From positions 70,921 to 134,920 of the forward strand of contig JAZDPX010000006.1 in the NCBI GenBank assembly GCA_043797125.1: a DNA stretch of 64,000 bases, written 5' to 3'. Numbering within the stretch: position 1 is the first letter of the stretch; every line of letters begins with the position of its first letter. The position numbers and the translations under genes were made by a program. Under the pieces are notes generated by a model that did not search any database, was not told the DNA's origin, and saw only the letters and a list, made by a program, of their open reading frames with translations. This document shows, piece by piece, positions 30,551-39,430 of this stretch. Source of the stretch: Candidatus Omnitrophota bacterium. GTDB lineage: Bacteria; Omnitrophota; Gorgyraeia; JABMRG01; JAFGKX01.

Positions 30551-31274
30551 AATTATTCTCCAGCTTTCCATTAGCTAAATACTTGACATTCTTAAATAAT
30601 TTAGCATATTCACGCTCATGTGTCACTATAATAAAAGAACAATTTTTCTTACTGTTAAGCTCTTTAATCAACTCAAATACAGCCACAGAATTATCGTGGT
30701 CTAAATTACCCGTAGGCTCATCGCATAATACTATATCGGGTTTATTCATCAATGCCCTTGCTATTGCCACCCTCTGAGACTCCCCGCCTGAAAGTTGCGA
30801 CGGCCGGTGGCTGGTTCTCTTTTCGAGCCCAACCGCGCTTAAAAGCTCCTGCGCCCTTTGCTTTGGGCTTTGGGCTCTGTGCTGTGGGCTGCCTGCCCCG
30901 TATCCGAGCGAAGCGAGTGGTGCGGGGTGGGCTCCAATCAGCGCGGGCATCATAACATTTTCCAAAGCGGTAAATTCGCCAAGCAGGTTGTAAAACTGGA
31001 ATACAAATCCAATGCGTTCATTGCGTATCCTGCTTATCTTTGCATCATTCATCTTATATACAGAGGCGCCGTCTAGCAGGACCTCGCCTTTAGTCGGTGA
31101 ATCCAAAGCGCCGAGTATATGAAGCAGCGTGGACTTGCCGCAGCCTGATGGCCCGAATACCAGCATTATCTCGCCGGCACAAAGAGAAAGATCTATTCCG
31201 TTCAATACATGCAACTTGCGGCTTCCGTCCTGATATACCCTGTGCACGTTTTTCGCGGCTAAAATTTCACTCAT
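30549..31274 (-). CDS. lolD: Lipoprotein-releasing ABC ATPase LolD with in-frame repeat insertion
   Basis: GPSGCGKSTLL, GFVFQF, LSGGESQR, DEPTGNLD; next to lolC/E. Confidence 0.92.
   Translation of the reverse strand: MSEILAAKNVHRVYQDGSRKLHVLNGIDLSLCAGEIMLVFGPSGCGKSTLLHILGALDSPTKGEVLLDGASVYKMNDAKISRIRNERIGFVFQFYNLLGEFTALENVMMPALIGAHPAPLASLGYGAGSPQHRAQSPKQRAQELLSAVGLEKRTSHRPSQLSGGESQRVAIARALMNKPDIVLCDEPTGNLDHDNSVAVFELIKELNSKKNCSFIIVTHEREYAKLFKNVKYLANGKLENN
30885..30934. repeat. 50-bp palindromic element (family C) inside lolD, preceded by TGGGCT heptamers
   Basis: tgggctgcctgccccgtatccgagcgaagcgagtggtgcggggtgggctc. Confidence 0.85.
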
Positions 31275-32445
31275 ATTTTAAAGCCTGAACAGGGTCTAAT
31301 CTTGATGCCTGATAAGCAGGGTATACAGAAGCCAACAGGCTGATTATCAATGCTGCCAGCGCTATTACAACAGAATCAAGAATATTAAACTTTACCGGTA
31401 TGTAATCTATATAATATATATCGGGCGGCAGCTTAAAAAATTCCTTTAATAAAAATGATACTCCAACGCCTCCCAGAAACCCGAGGCCCGTGCCTATCGA
31501 TCCGATAATAAGGCCCTGCAATGAAAATATTGCGAGAATCCCCTTCTTGGACGCGCCTATGGATTTTAATATGCCTATATCCTTGGCCTTTTCAAGCACC
31601 ATCATAACCAGCACAGCCACTATACTAAAACACGCGACAACAACTATCAACGTCAATATCACAAACATGGCAAGCTTCTCAAGCTTTATAGCGGAAAATA
31701 AATTTCTATTTCTATCAGCCCATGTGGTTATGGAAAAATTCCCCTTCAATGATTCTTGCAGCGCGCGCTTTATCTTATCACAATTTGCCGGCAACAGACA
31801 ATCAACGCCAATACCGCTTACAACTGCCTTTCCTTCAAATATGGCGGACATTTTATTTAAGCCTATATACGCGATATTGGAATCATAATCATACATGCCT
31901 GATTTAAATATCCCGGTCACCTTTATCTTTTTAGGCCCGTTTGACTCCGGAGTGACCAAAACAACTTCATCGTCAATATAAACACCCAGCAAAGACGCTA
32001 TTTCGCTTCCCATTATCAGGCCGTCTTCGATATCAGCATCAGCTGCGGAAGATACAATGTGAGGCAACAGCTTCGAAGCGTCAATCTCATTTTTGGTATC
32101 CACGCTTCTTAATACAATGCCCCTTTTCCTGTTGCGAAACTCTACTATCCCCTGGCTCCATATATATGGGAAAGAACCTTTAACGCCTTCTATGCTGTTT
32201 ATCGCCTCTGACAAACCCTGCGGATTCTGTATTCCAAACTCGCTTTCAATAAAAATATGCGGATTTGAACCTATTACCCGCGCCTGCAATTCGCTGCTAA
32301 ACCCGCTCATAACAGCTAAAGTGGCTATTAACGCGCCTACTCCGACAGCAACTCCCAGAATAGAGATAATCGTGATTATAGAAATAAATTTTTCTTTGCG
32401 TCTGGTGAACAGGTAACGCAGCGCTATAAAAAGTTCGTATCGCAT
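31267..32445 (-). CDS. lolC: Lipoprotein-releasing permease LolC/E
   Basis: IALRYL, AVMSGF, EKAKDIGILKSIGA, YPAYQASRLDPVQALKYE. Confidence 0.92.
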   Translation of the reverse strand: MRYELFIALRYLFTRRKEKFISIITIISILGVAVGVGALIATLAVMSGFSSELQARVIGSNPHIFIESEFGIQNPQGLSEAINSIEGVKGSFPYIWSQGIVEFRNRKRGIVLRSVDTKNEIDASKLLPHIVSSAADADIEDGLIMGSEIASLLGVYIDDEVVLVTPESNGPKKIKVTGIFKSGMYDYDSNIAYIGLNKMSAIFEGKAVVSGIGVDCLLPANCDKIKRALQESLKGNFSITTWADRNRNLFSAIKLEKLAMFVILTLIVVVACFSIVAVLVMMVLEKAKDIGILKSIGASKKGILAIFSLQGLIIGSIGTGLGFLGGVGVSFLLKEFFKLPPDIYYIDYIPVKFNILDSVVIALAALIISLLASVYPAYQASRLDPVQALKYE

Positions 32446-33881
32446 TATTCCGGCTTAAGCTGCGGGAATAAAATAACTTCCCTGATTGATTCCTCGCCTG
32501 TAAAAATCATTACAAGCCTGTCAATTCCGATACCCAGGCCGCCTGCAGGGGGCATGCCGTATTCTAGCGCCCTTACATAATCCTCATCCACCATGCCTTC
32601 GGGCTCAACTTCAAGCTGTTGTTGGAATCTTCGTTTTTGCTGAATAGGGTCATTTAATTCAGAATACGCATTCGCCACTTCCATGCCTCCCATGTAAAGT
32701 TCAAACCGCTCGGATATGGCGGGGTTGTCTTTTCTTGTCTTGGCAAGCGGGCAAAGTTCGCTGTAATAATCTATAACAAATGTCGGCTTGTTGCTCGCCT
32801 GGTCTTCCTTGGGCTCTAATACATCGCCGATTATATTTATAAGTTTTGTCCTGCTTATGTCGCCTTCTTCAACTTCAATGCCTTTTGCCTTTAACTTCTT
32901 TGCCCAGCTTGTGTGTTCGTCCTGCGGGGTGATTCCGAAATTTTCCTTCATCACCTGCGCGAATGAAACTCTTCTCCATGGCGGAGTAAGATCAATTGTT
33001 TTGCCTTTATATGATATTTCAAGCGTGCCTAATAATTCCTTTGCAAGGAAACTTATGAGTGTTTCAGTAAGCTGTATGATGTCATTATAATCTGCATAAG
33101 CTGTGTATGCCTCGAGCATTGTAAATTCAGGATTATGCCTGGGGGAGATACCCTCGTTTCTGAATGATTTGTTTATCTCGTAAACCTTATCCATCCCTCC
33201 GACTAAAAGCCTTTTTAAGTATAACTCCGGAGCTATTCTCATAAACAGGTCTATATCGTAAATATTATGGCGCGTCTTAAACGGCCTTCCGGCAGCTCCT
33301 CCCGGTATAGGATGAAGAATCGGCGTTTCAACTTCCAGGTATCCTCTTTCGTCAAAAAATGAGCGCATCTTATTTATAAGCTTGCTGCGCAATAAAAAAA
33401 TCTCTCTTGTCTTTTCATTTGCAATAAGGTCCAAATACCTTTGCCTGTACCTTGCCTCAAGATCTTTTAGCCCGTGCCACTTTTCCGGCAACGGGCGCAA
33501 TGCCTTCGCCAGCACTGTAAATGAAAGCGCGTTTATGGTGATCTCGCCCCTTTGAGTCTTAAAAGCCTCGCCGTTAACGCCGATTATATCGCCTATATCC
33601 ATCTCCTTAACCTGGTTAAAAAGCTCATCACCTATGATGTTTTTCCTAAAATAAAGCTGTATTTTACCGGTAAAGTCTTTTATGTCGCAGAACATGCTCC
33701 CGCCATGAGCCCTTATGGTGGTAACCCTGCCTGCTGTTGAGAACCTTTTGCCTTCTTCATACGCGTCAGCCGTGGCTTTTATAGTCAGCGGTTTGTCATA
33801 TTTATAGGCATAGGGCAGAACGCCTGCCTTCTCCATGGCCTTAATCTTATCCAGTCTTATATTTAATATATCATCTTCCAT
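32445..33881 (-). CDS. lysS: Lysine--tRNA ligase (class II)
   Basis: PLPEKWHGL, RIAPELYLKR, HNPEFT, YGMPP..G.GIGIDR. Confidence 0.98.
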   Translation of the reverse strand: MEDDILNIRLDKIKAMEKAGVLPYAYKYDKPLTIKATADAYEEGKRFSTAGRVTTIRAHGGSMFCDIKDFTGKIQLYFRKNIIGDELFNQVKEMDIGDIIGVNGEAFKTQRGEITINALSFTVLAKALRPLPEKWHGLKDLEARYRQRYLDLIANEKTREIFLLRSKLINKMRSFFDERGYLEVETPILHPIPGGAAGRPFKTRHNIYDIDLFMRIAPELYLKRLLVGGMDKVYEINKSFRNEGISPRHNPEFTMLEAYTAYADYNDIIQLTETLISFLAKELLGTLEISYKGKTIDLTPPWRRVSFAQVMKENFGITPQDEHTSWAKKLKAKGIEVEEGDISRTKLINIIGDVLEPKEDQASNKPTFVIDYYSELCPLAKTRKDNPAISERFELYMGGMEVANAYSELNDPIQQKRRFQQQLEVEPEGMVDEDYVRALEYGMPPAGGLGIGIDRLVMIFTGEESIREVILFPQLKPE

Positions 33882-33916
33882 AATATTGCACCTTTTTGGT
33901 TTAACATATAAGGCGT

Positions 33917-33945
33917 ATTATATAGTAATACTATTACACTGTCAA
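33917..33945 (-). promoter_or_regulatory. Consensus sigma70 promoter upstream of lysS
   Basis: TTGACA-N17-TATAAT, exact consensus. Confidence 0.8.
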
Positions 33946-33957
33946 TTGTAATTCGTG

Positions 33958-34626
33958 TTACTCTTTTGCTATTTTTTGGGCTAAGTTATAGAGGGCGGTG
34001 TTTGCTAAAGCTAAAACTTTCTTTTTAACACGGCGGGAAAAATACTCGCGCTCTGTCTTTGTAAATTTTTCTCCTTTAAGCCTTTTCAGAAACAGCTCTT
34101 TTTGTTTCTTTGAAAACAGCTGCGATAAAGCATATTCAAGGTCAAACTCATCCTTCATTTGCGTATATTCTGTCAAACTGGCTTTTTTCTCCTTAAAGTA
34201 GCTTTCAAAAACATTAACTACTCTTACCGAAGACAGTTTCAATGTCGTCCCTTTTAAGTCATCTTTGCTCTTAAAGCTTTTAAGAAATGCCTCAAATGCC
34301 TTTTTGTTAAAAAAATCCATATTATACAACTGATCGACAAAAGACAATTTTAACCCCAGATAATCATACAGCGCAAGCGACATAACAACTAAGCCTTCAA
34401 AACTGCTTTTTTCAGGCTTTGCCTTTAAATATTTTTTGGCCGCTGTGTAATCGAAGAGCCCTTTTTCCATGCTGTTTACAAGCAACAACGGAAAACCTTC
34501 ATGCAGGCGGGAGTCTTTGCTCTTTACAACTTCCGCCAATGTCTTATTCGCATTGGTGGTTTCCCATTTTCCCAGCAAAGGATATCCTAATTCTCTCAAG
34601 TTTTTTAATAGCTCTTGCTTTTTCAT
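33958..34626 (-). CDS. Hypothetical partner of the nucleotidyltransferase (putative antitoxin/regulator)
   Basis: ATGA overlap with the upstream gene; basic C-terminal helix region (TKTEREYFSRRVKKK). Confidence 0.55.
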   Translation of the reverse strand: MKKQELLKNLRELGYPLLGKWETTNANKTLAEVVKSKDSRLHEGFPLLLVNSMEKGLFDYTAAKKYLKAKPEKSSFEGLVVMSLALYDYLGLKLSFVDQLYNMDFFNKKAFEAFLKSFKSKDDLKGTTLKLSSVRVVNVFESYFKEKKASLTEYTQMKDEFDLEYALSQLFSKKQKELFLKRLKGEKFTKTEREYFSRRVKKKVLALANTALYNLAQKIAKE

Positions 34627-35207
34627 ATATTAAACCCCTCTTTTTCTAAAATATGCAAAAAAAGCCTGAAATTCCTTTTATTCCTTTCATCAGAAACATC
34701 ATAGGAAGAGGTTTCATAAAATCTTTCTTTTAATTTCTCGATATCTATCTCTTTGCGCTTGGCTTTAAATAAAACCAAGCAATCTTCCATATCCACAGAA
34801 GTAAATCTAAAAATTTTACTTATCAGTAAATCGTAATAATTCAAAATCCCTAAATATATATACGAAAACTCTTTAAATAAAGTATTGTTGCCCTCTTCCA
34901 ACGAAGATTCAAGTAGTTCTGTTGTAAATATTTTCTTTCCAACAAATAAATCGAACTCAAAACCCTTACCCCTTCTCCACGATGTGCCGGTTTTCGGTTC
35001 ATACCCTAATCCTTCTAAGGCTTTTATCAAATATTTATACTCTGCTTCATCAGGTATAAGAAAATCAACGTCTTTCGTAGATTCCTTTAGATCCAATAAA
35101 GTCAGCGCTGTCCCGCCGCACGCTACAAGACACACCTTTCTCTTTATATGGCTATTCCATATAGAGAGTATATCCAGTAGTTGTGCCTTGTCTATTCTAT
35201 ATTCCAT
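34623..35207 (-). CDS. DUF6036/AbiEii-like nucleotidyltransferase
   Basis: GGTAL...STKDVDF pol-beta superfamily signature; SK..R...D..D. Confidence 0.8.
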   Translation of the reverse strand: MEYRIDKAQLLDILSIWNSHIKRKVCLVACGGTALTLLDLKESTKDVDFLIPDEAEYKYLIKALEGLGYEPKTGTSWRRGKGFEFDLFVGKKIFTTELLESSLEEGNNTLFKEFSYIYLGILNYYDLLISKIFRFTSVDMEDCLVLFKAKRKEIDIEKLKERFYETSSYDVSDERNKRNFRLFLHILEKEGFNI

Positions 35208-35222
35208 ATTATATACAATTTA

Positions 35223-35282
35223 TTGTATCTATTTATACAACTCCTTGTATTTAAATATACAACACAAGCACCAAAAAGTCAA
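35223..35282 (-). promoter_or_regulatory. Promoter with tandem palindromic operators TTGTAT-N6-ATACAA
   Basis: Operators at 35223-35240 and 35245-35262 (22-bp period); TTGACT-N17-TATATT overlaps them. Confidence 0.7.
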
Positions 35283-35319
35283 GGGTTTTCTATGCTCTAT
35301 GCACTATGCTCTTTGCTGA

Positions 35320-37437
35320 TTACGCTGCCTGGTCTAAGGCCTGGAGGGATTTTTTCTCTTTTATCTGCTCGAGGACATTAAGGAAAGATGCCTTTGTATC
35401 AATTTCATACTGCTTTTTGAATTTGATTTTCTGGAGCGTATCAACTAATTTTTGCGGCAGTTTATCCGCTTGTTCCTTCAAATCTATCCATTCAAGGGTT
35501 TTTAAATAATATTTATATAACTTGGAATCCTCGGACGTAATATCTCCATGGAGAACTTTCGTAATTTCAGAATCTTCAAAATCATCCGCTGTTAAATCTT
35601 TATAAATATATCCTGTGTTTCCGTCAAGCGTAATAGCCTCTCCCGCATTAAGTCTTGCGATTTCTTTTTTGTCATTATCTTGTATACTAAGGATGCCTTT
35701 TTCTGGTATCTCTCCGTATAACACAACATAAGGTATTCGTTTATTACTCTTTCTAATACCCTCTGCTACGTGGTCAAAGAGCCCCCCCCTCAAAGATATA
35801 ATTCCCGGAATATTATATTTCAAAATGCGTTCCTGGTATGGACCGATCATTGCTTCTGCTATGTGTGCGGTTACGTCTCTGCCGCTGCTTTCGGCTTCAT
35901 TAATCAAAAGCATTAAACAAATATGATCAGGTAATAAATCCATTCCCTCATTCTTTTTCGCGCCAATTCCTTCAAAAGGGTTTGGAATAACCGGGATGCA
36001 GCCTTTTAATAGTAATTCGTTTCTATCATCTCCTATGCTAACCTCAGCGGTCGCTATGCCCGGAAAAAGCGACGCGCCCCAAGCGATTGCCTTACCCTGA
36101 CTTTCTTTTTTAACAACAGGCTGCTCAAAGTAACTCTTAAGCCACTCCAAATCAGCTAATGAGATTTTTTCAAAAGCCTCTGATTCGTTCAGTATGCCTT
36201 CTTCTGCTAAATCAACTAAAGTGCGCGCTTGCGCCAATGGCGTTGTTGTATCCAAAGCATCTCGTGTCTGAACAATCCATAATTTGCCGGCAGATACAAC
36301 TATTTCAACATGCTGAATGCTCTTTTGATGTGCTTCTAATATTTTTATATAATTCAGGAGTTGTTTATAAATTTCAGGATGGCTATTTTCTAAATCCTTA
36401 TATTGCTTTTCTATTTCTCGTCTTACTCCTCTGGCCCCGTCTCCTAACTCAGCATATGGGGTAACGATAGAACTTCCGTCTACTGCAAATTCATAGTTTC
36501 CAACAATCCCCGGCTCTCCTGTAAAAGGGCTTCTGGTGCATAAGACGCCGCTTAACGACTTACCATCGTTTATATTGCCGAAAACCTGCCATTGGACATT
36601 AATTCCTCCTGTCAACTCATCGGTGTCCGTGTATATAAATGTATACTTGCCCCTGTTTTTTGTATATGAATTAGCGACCGCTGTTATTGCCTCTTTTAAT
36701 TGCTGCTTTGGATCCGAGAAATCGTGTTTAGTCATCTTTTTATATTCTTCTTCCACTTTTAATAATACCTCTTGTAATTTTTCAAAATTGATACGTTTTT
36801 TAAGCCCTTTACAAGCAGCGCAATTTAAATCACTATAATAGATTTTGTTGTTAGTTAATATTTTAAAAATTGAATCCGATTCTCTGTGGTTATCAACACA
36901 ACTTATGTAATCATAAATATATCTGATATATTCCAAATATGCCTGGTAACGGTCTCCTAATATCTGCGCATATGCATCAATATTGCTTCTATGCAGCCCT
37001 ACTTTATTTATTGTACGATATTCACCTGGTTTTGATTTTACAGCGCCCGCCCTGACTGCCAAAAGCATAAAATTATCCGAAGAACCATATTTTAATTTTT
37101 TACCTTCTTGCCGGGATGCTTTTTCCTCAATCCTTACCAGCCCACTTTCTATGTGTGGCCATAATGCTTGGTTAATTTCGTGATTTTCAATAATATCTTC
37201 TACCTCTTCATACGGTATCGTAAAACCCGCAGGCACAGGAAGCCCTAGATTAGTCATCTCCGCCAAATTAGCGCCTTTATTCCCTAAAATGTCCTTCATG
37301 TCTATTGAGCCGTCTGTATGGTCGCCGCCAAAATCATAGACGCGCTTGCCGCATTCTTCTGCTATCGGGCGCAAGGCATAACCCGGCTGAGACATCGCCA
37401 ACACAATCACTATTAATATCGTTATTATTTTTCTCAT
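35320..37437 (-). CDS. LRP/AA-motif secreted PPDK-derived dikinase (ATP-grasp and phospho-His domains, no pyruvate barrel)
   Basis: Signal GYA|LRPIA; LGNKGANLAEM..LGLPVPAGFTI, VRAGA, LWIVQTR, RGGLFDHVA, ITLDGNTGYIY; ends ALDQAA. Confidence 0.8.
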   Translation of the reverse strand: MRKIITILIVIVLAMSQPGYALRPIAEECGKRVYDFGGDHTDGSIDMKDILGNKGANLAEMTNLGLPVPAGFTIPYEEVEDIIENHEINQALWPHIESGLVRIEEKASRQEGKKLKYGSSDNFMLLAVRAGAVKSKPGEYRTINKVGLHRSNIDAYAQILGDRYQAYLEYIRYIYDYISCVDNHRESDSIFKILTNNKIYYSDLNCAACKGLKKRINFEKLQEVLLKVEEEYKKMTKHDFSDPKQQLKEAITAVANSYTKNRGKYTFIYTDTDELTGGINVQWQVFGNINDGKSLSGVLCTRSPFTGEPGIVGNYEFAVDGSSIVTPYAELGDGARGVRREIEKQYKDLENSHPEIYKQLLNYIKILEAHQKSIQHVEIVVSAGKLWIVQTRDALDTTTPLAQARTLVDLAEEGILNESEAFEKISLADLEWLKSYFEQPVVKKESQGKAIAWGASLFPGIATAEVSIGDDRNELLLKGCIPVIPNPFEGIGAKKNEGMDLLPDHICLMLLINEAESSGRDVTAHIAEAMIGPYQERILKYNIPGIISLRGGLFDHVAEGIRKSNKRIPYVVLYGEIPEKGILSIQDNDKKEIARLNAGEAITLDGNTGYIYKDLTADDFEDSEITKVLHGDITSEDSKLYKYYLKTLEWIDLKEQADKLPQKLVDTLQKIKFKKQYEIDTKASFLNVLEQIKEKKSLQALDQAA

Positions 37438-37480
37438 GTTAATCTGGCCTTTCTAACCAGGTTGGATAATACAAACAATA

Positions 37481-38980
37481 CTATGCAGCAGCTCCAAATG
37501 CTAACATTATATTATATGAATTGTTCAATTCTTCAAATTTGAATCTGCCACACCCATCCTCAGTTCTAAGCGATGAAGCAATATCGTTCCATTTCAGTTT
37601 TTTCAGATTATCAATTGCGGCGCACACTTCATTTTTATTATTATCGAATTGTGCTTCCGCCCGCACCATGACTCTTATCCAATCTTCATATGCGCCTTTA
37701 TCCAACAATTCAATATAGCCTTTCAATTTGTTGGCAATTGTTTCATTCGCTTTGTATATATGCTGAATGTCGCCTGTTTTTGCATACTCTAAAAAAGCAG
37801 GTAAAAACTCCCATGTCAGTTTTTCTCTTTCTTTAATAACAGGGTTCTTTCTGTCAAGATACTTAGCAAAATTTAAACATAATATCCCAAAGCAAACGTC
37901 TCTATCCAGCTCGGCCACAGCACTGTACCTGCCTTTAATTTTTCTGTATACTATTGTATCGGCTATTGCATCAGCTAAGGCATGTGCAAAATACTCCAAC
38001 TCTCTATATTGCTCTTTCATTGAATATTCCAGGGCCTTAACATATATCTTTTTTGGTAAGGGTTTTTTAAATTGCGCAATATGACCATTTTCGTGTGCTA
38101 ATGGCTCTTCTAACAACAGCCTTGCCGCCTTTTTAACCTTTTGTGCCATCTCTTCAGGCTTCGCCGTAAGCATTTCTTGCTCTGTCATGCCTAATAATTT
38201 TTCCAGGCCTAACCTCGCCAAAAACTCGCTATAGGTGTTTCTTGACTTGTCATTTTTGTATATATAAATTTGACGCCACATAAAAAACTCGGATGCTTTT
38301 TCACGACCGACAACAATTTTTCTATCCGGCTGCATAAATGCTTGCACACTTATATTGTGGTTACTAACCGCTTCTTCTCCGATAGTGTATGCGGTATACC
38401 CGTTAATGTGTCTTTTACTTATTATCTTTCCCAATATGTACAAAGTTTTGCCGCCGTTGCCTACACTTCTGCTATACAGCCACCCTTGCGGTATAAGATA
38501 TTTATTGATTTTTTTTATATTAGTTGCTGATACTTGCATCTTTTTGCCTTTTGAGGTGACTACGGTTAGGCATTGATTAGGACTGGGGGATTTAAACATC
38601 TGCATGAGTTTGTTTACACGCAACAAATCTAATTGCGTTTCAAGATCAGATTTTTCCGCAAAAAAATATAATGGTTTAAACCGGTAATATCTAGCCAGGG
38701 GAGTGCCATTTAAATCCCTCCAGTATGGGTCGTCTAAAAATTTTATATCCTCCTGTTCCGCTAACTCATTTAACTGGTCTGCGAACAATTTGAGAGAATC
38801 GGGTAGAGTGCCATAATGACGTTTAGGATATAGGTTATTTAAAGAAGATTCAACAGAAAAAGATTCAAAGCTATCTGAATTATCAGATGCTACCGGCCGC
38901 AGACAGAAAGCTTCATTAGGCATTATTATAGTAATACATAGAATAATAAAAATTATAGTAATCGGATAGTATCGTTTCAT
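37481..38980 (-). CDS. LRP/AA-motif secreted protein with HExxH zinc-metallopeptidase motif
   Basis: Signal AFC|LRPVA; LAHENGHIA; ends AFGAAA. Confidence 0.65.
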   Translation of the reverse strand: MKRYYPITIIFIILCITIIMPNEAFCLRPVASDNSDSFESFSVESSLNNLYPKRHYGTLPDSLKLFADQLNELAEQEDIKFLDDPYWRDLNGTPLARYYRFKPLYFFAEKSDLETQLDLLRVNKLMQMFKSPSPNQCLTVVTSKGKKMQVSATNIKKINKYLIPQGWLYSRSVGNGGKTLYILGKIISKRHINGYTAYTIGEEAVSNHNISVQAFMQPDRKIVVGREKASEFFMWRQIYIYKNDKSRNTYSEFLARLGLEKLLGMTEQEMLTAKPEEMAQKVKKAARLLLEEPLAHENGHIAQFKKPLPKKIYVKALEYSMKEQYRELEYFAHALADAIADTIVYRKIKGRYSAVAELDRDVCFGILCLNFAKYLDRKNPVIKEREKLTWEFLPAFLEYAKTGDIQHIYKANETIANKLKGYIELLDKGAYEDWIRVMVRAEAQFDNNKNEVCAAIDNLKKLKWNDIASSLRTEDGCGRFKFEELNNSYNIMLAFGAAA

Positions 38981-39012
38981 AAATTCTTTATAAAAGGTTT
39001 ATAGAGATAAAT

Positions 39013-39041
39013 ATTTTAACACTCTGCTCCTGCTAAGTCAA
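39013..39041 (-). promoter_or_regulatory. Sigma70 promoter of the 38980/37437 LRP gene pair
   Basis: TTGACT-N17-TAAAAT with TG extension. Confidence 0.7.
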
Positions 39042-39066
39042 GAAAATATCGGACTTTTTTTGAATT

Positions 39067-39113
39067 AGATCCCCGCTCCCCGTTTTCACGGGGACAAGTT
39101 TCGCGGGGATGAC
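39067..39113. repeat. REP-like element GATCCCCGC...GCGGGGATGAC with inner hairpin
   Basis: atccccgc/gcggggat inverted ends; inner tccccg/cgggga. Confidence 0.65.
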
Positions 39114-39153
39114 AAAAGAAGCTTTGTGTGCGTTGCCAAAATTATTTTTTACA

Positions 39154-39378
39154 AGGTGAGGCTTTTGCAATAGCACATTACAATTTGCTTAAGGCCTGTG
39201 GCAAGCCGAGCAGGGCTTGCGAGGCCGAGCGGGCATGGTTCGCCCTTGTTTCCATACAGGCGAGAGCGAAGGCCGAGGTCAGAGCACAAAAATCCACGCT
39301 GGGGATTTTTGTGCGTCCCTGCGAGAATTGCCACAAGCCTTAAGCAAAACAGCATCAAGTATTGCAAAAGCCGAGCCT
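39154..39378 (+). repeat. Long hairpin element family B, copy 3
   Basis: AGGTGAGGCTTTTGCAATA...TATTGCAAAAGCCGAGCCT; inner GCTTAAGGC.TGTGGCAA / TTGCCACA.GCCTTAAGC stem. Confidence 0.75.
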
Positions 39379-39430
39379 ATGCCCCGAGGCTTTTTGTTGT
39401 TGCAGGTTTGCGCATTGCGGGGTATAATTT

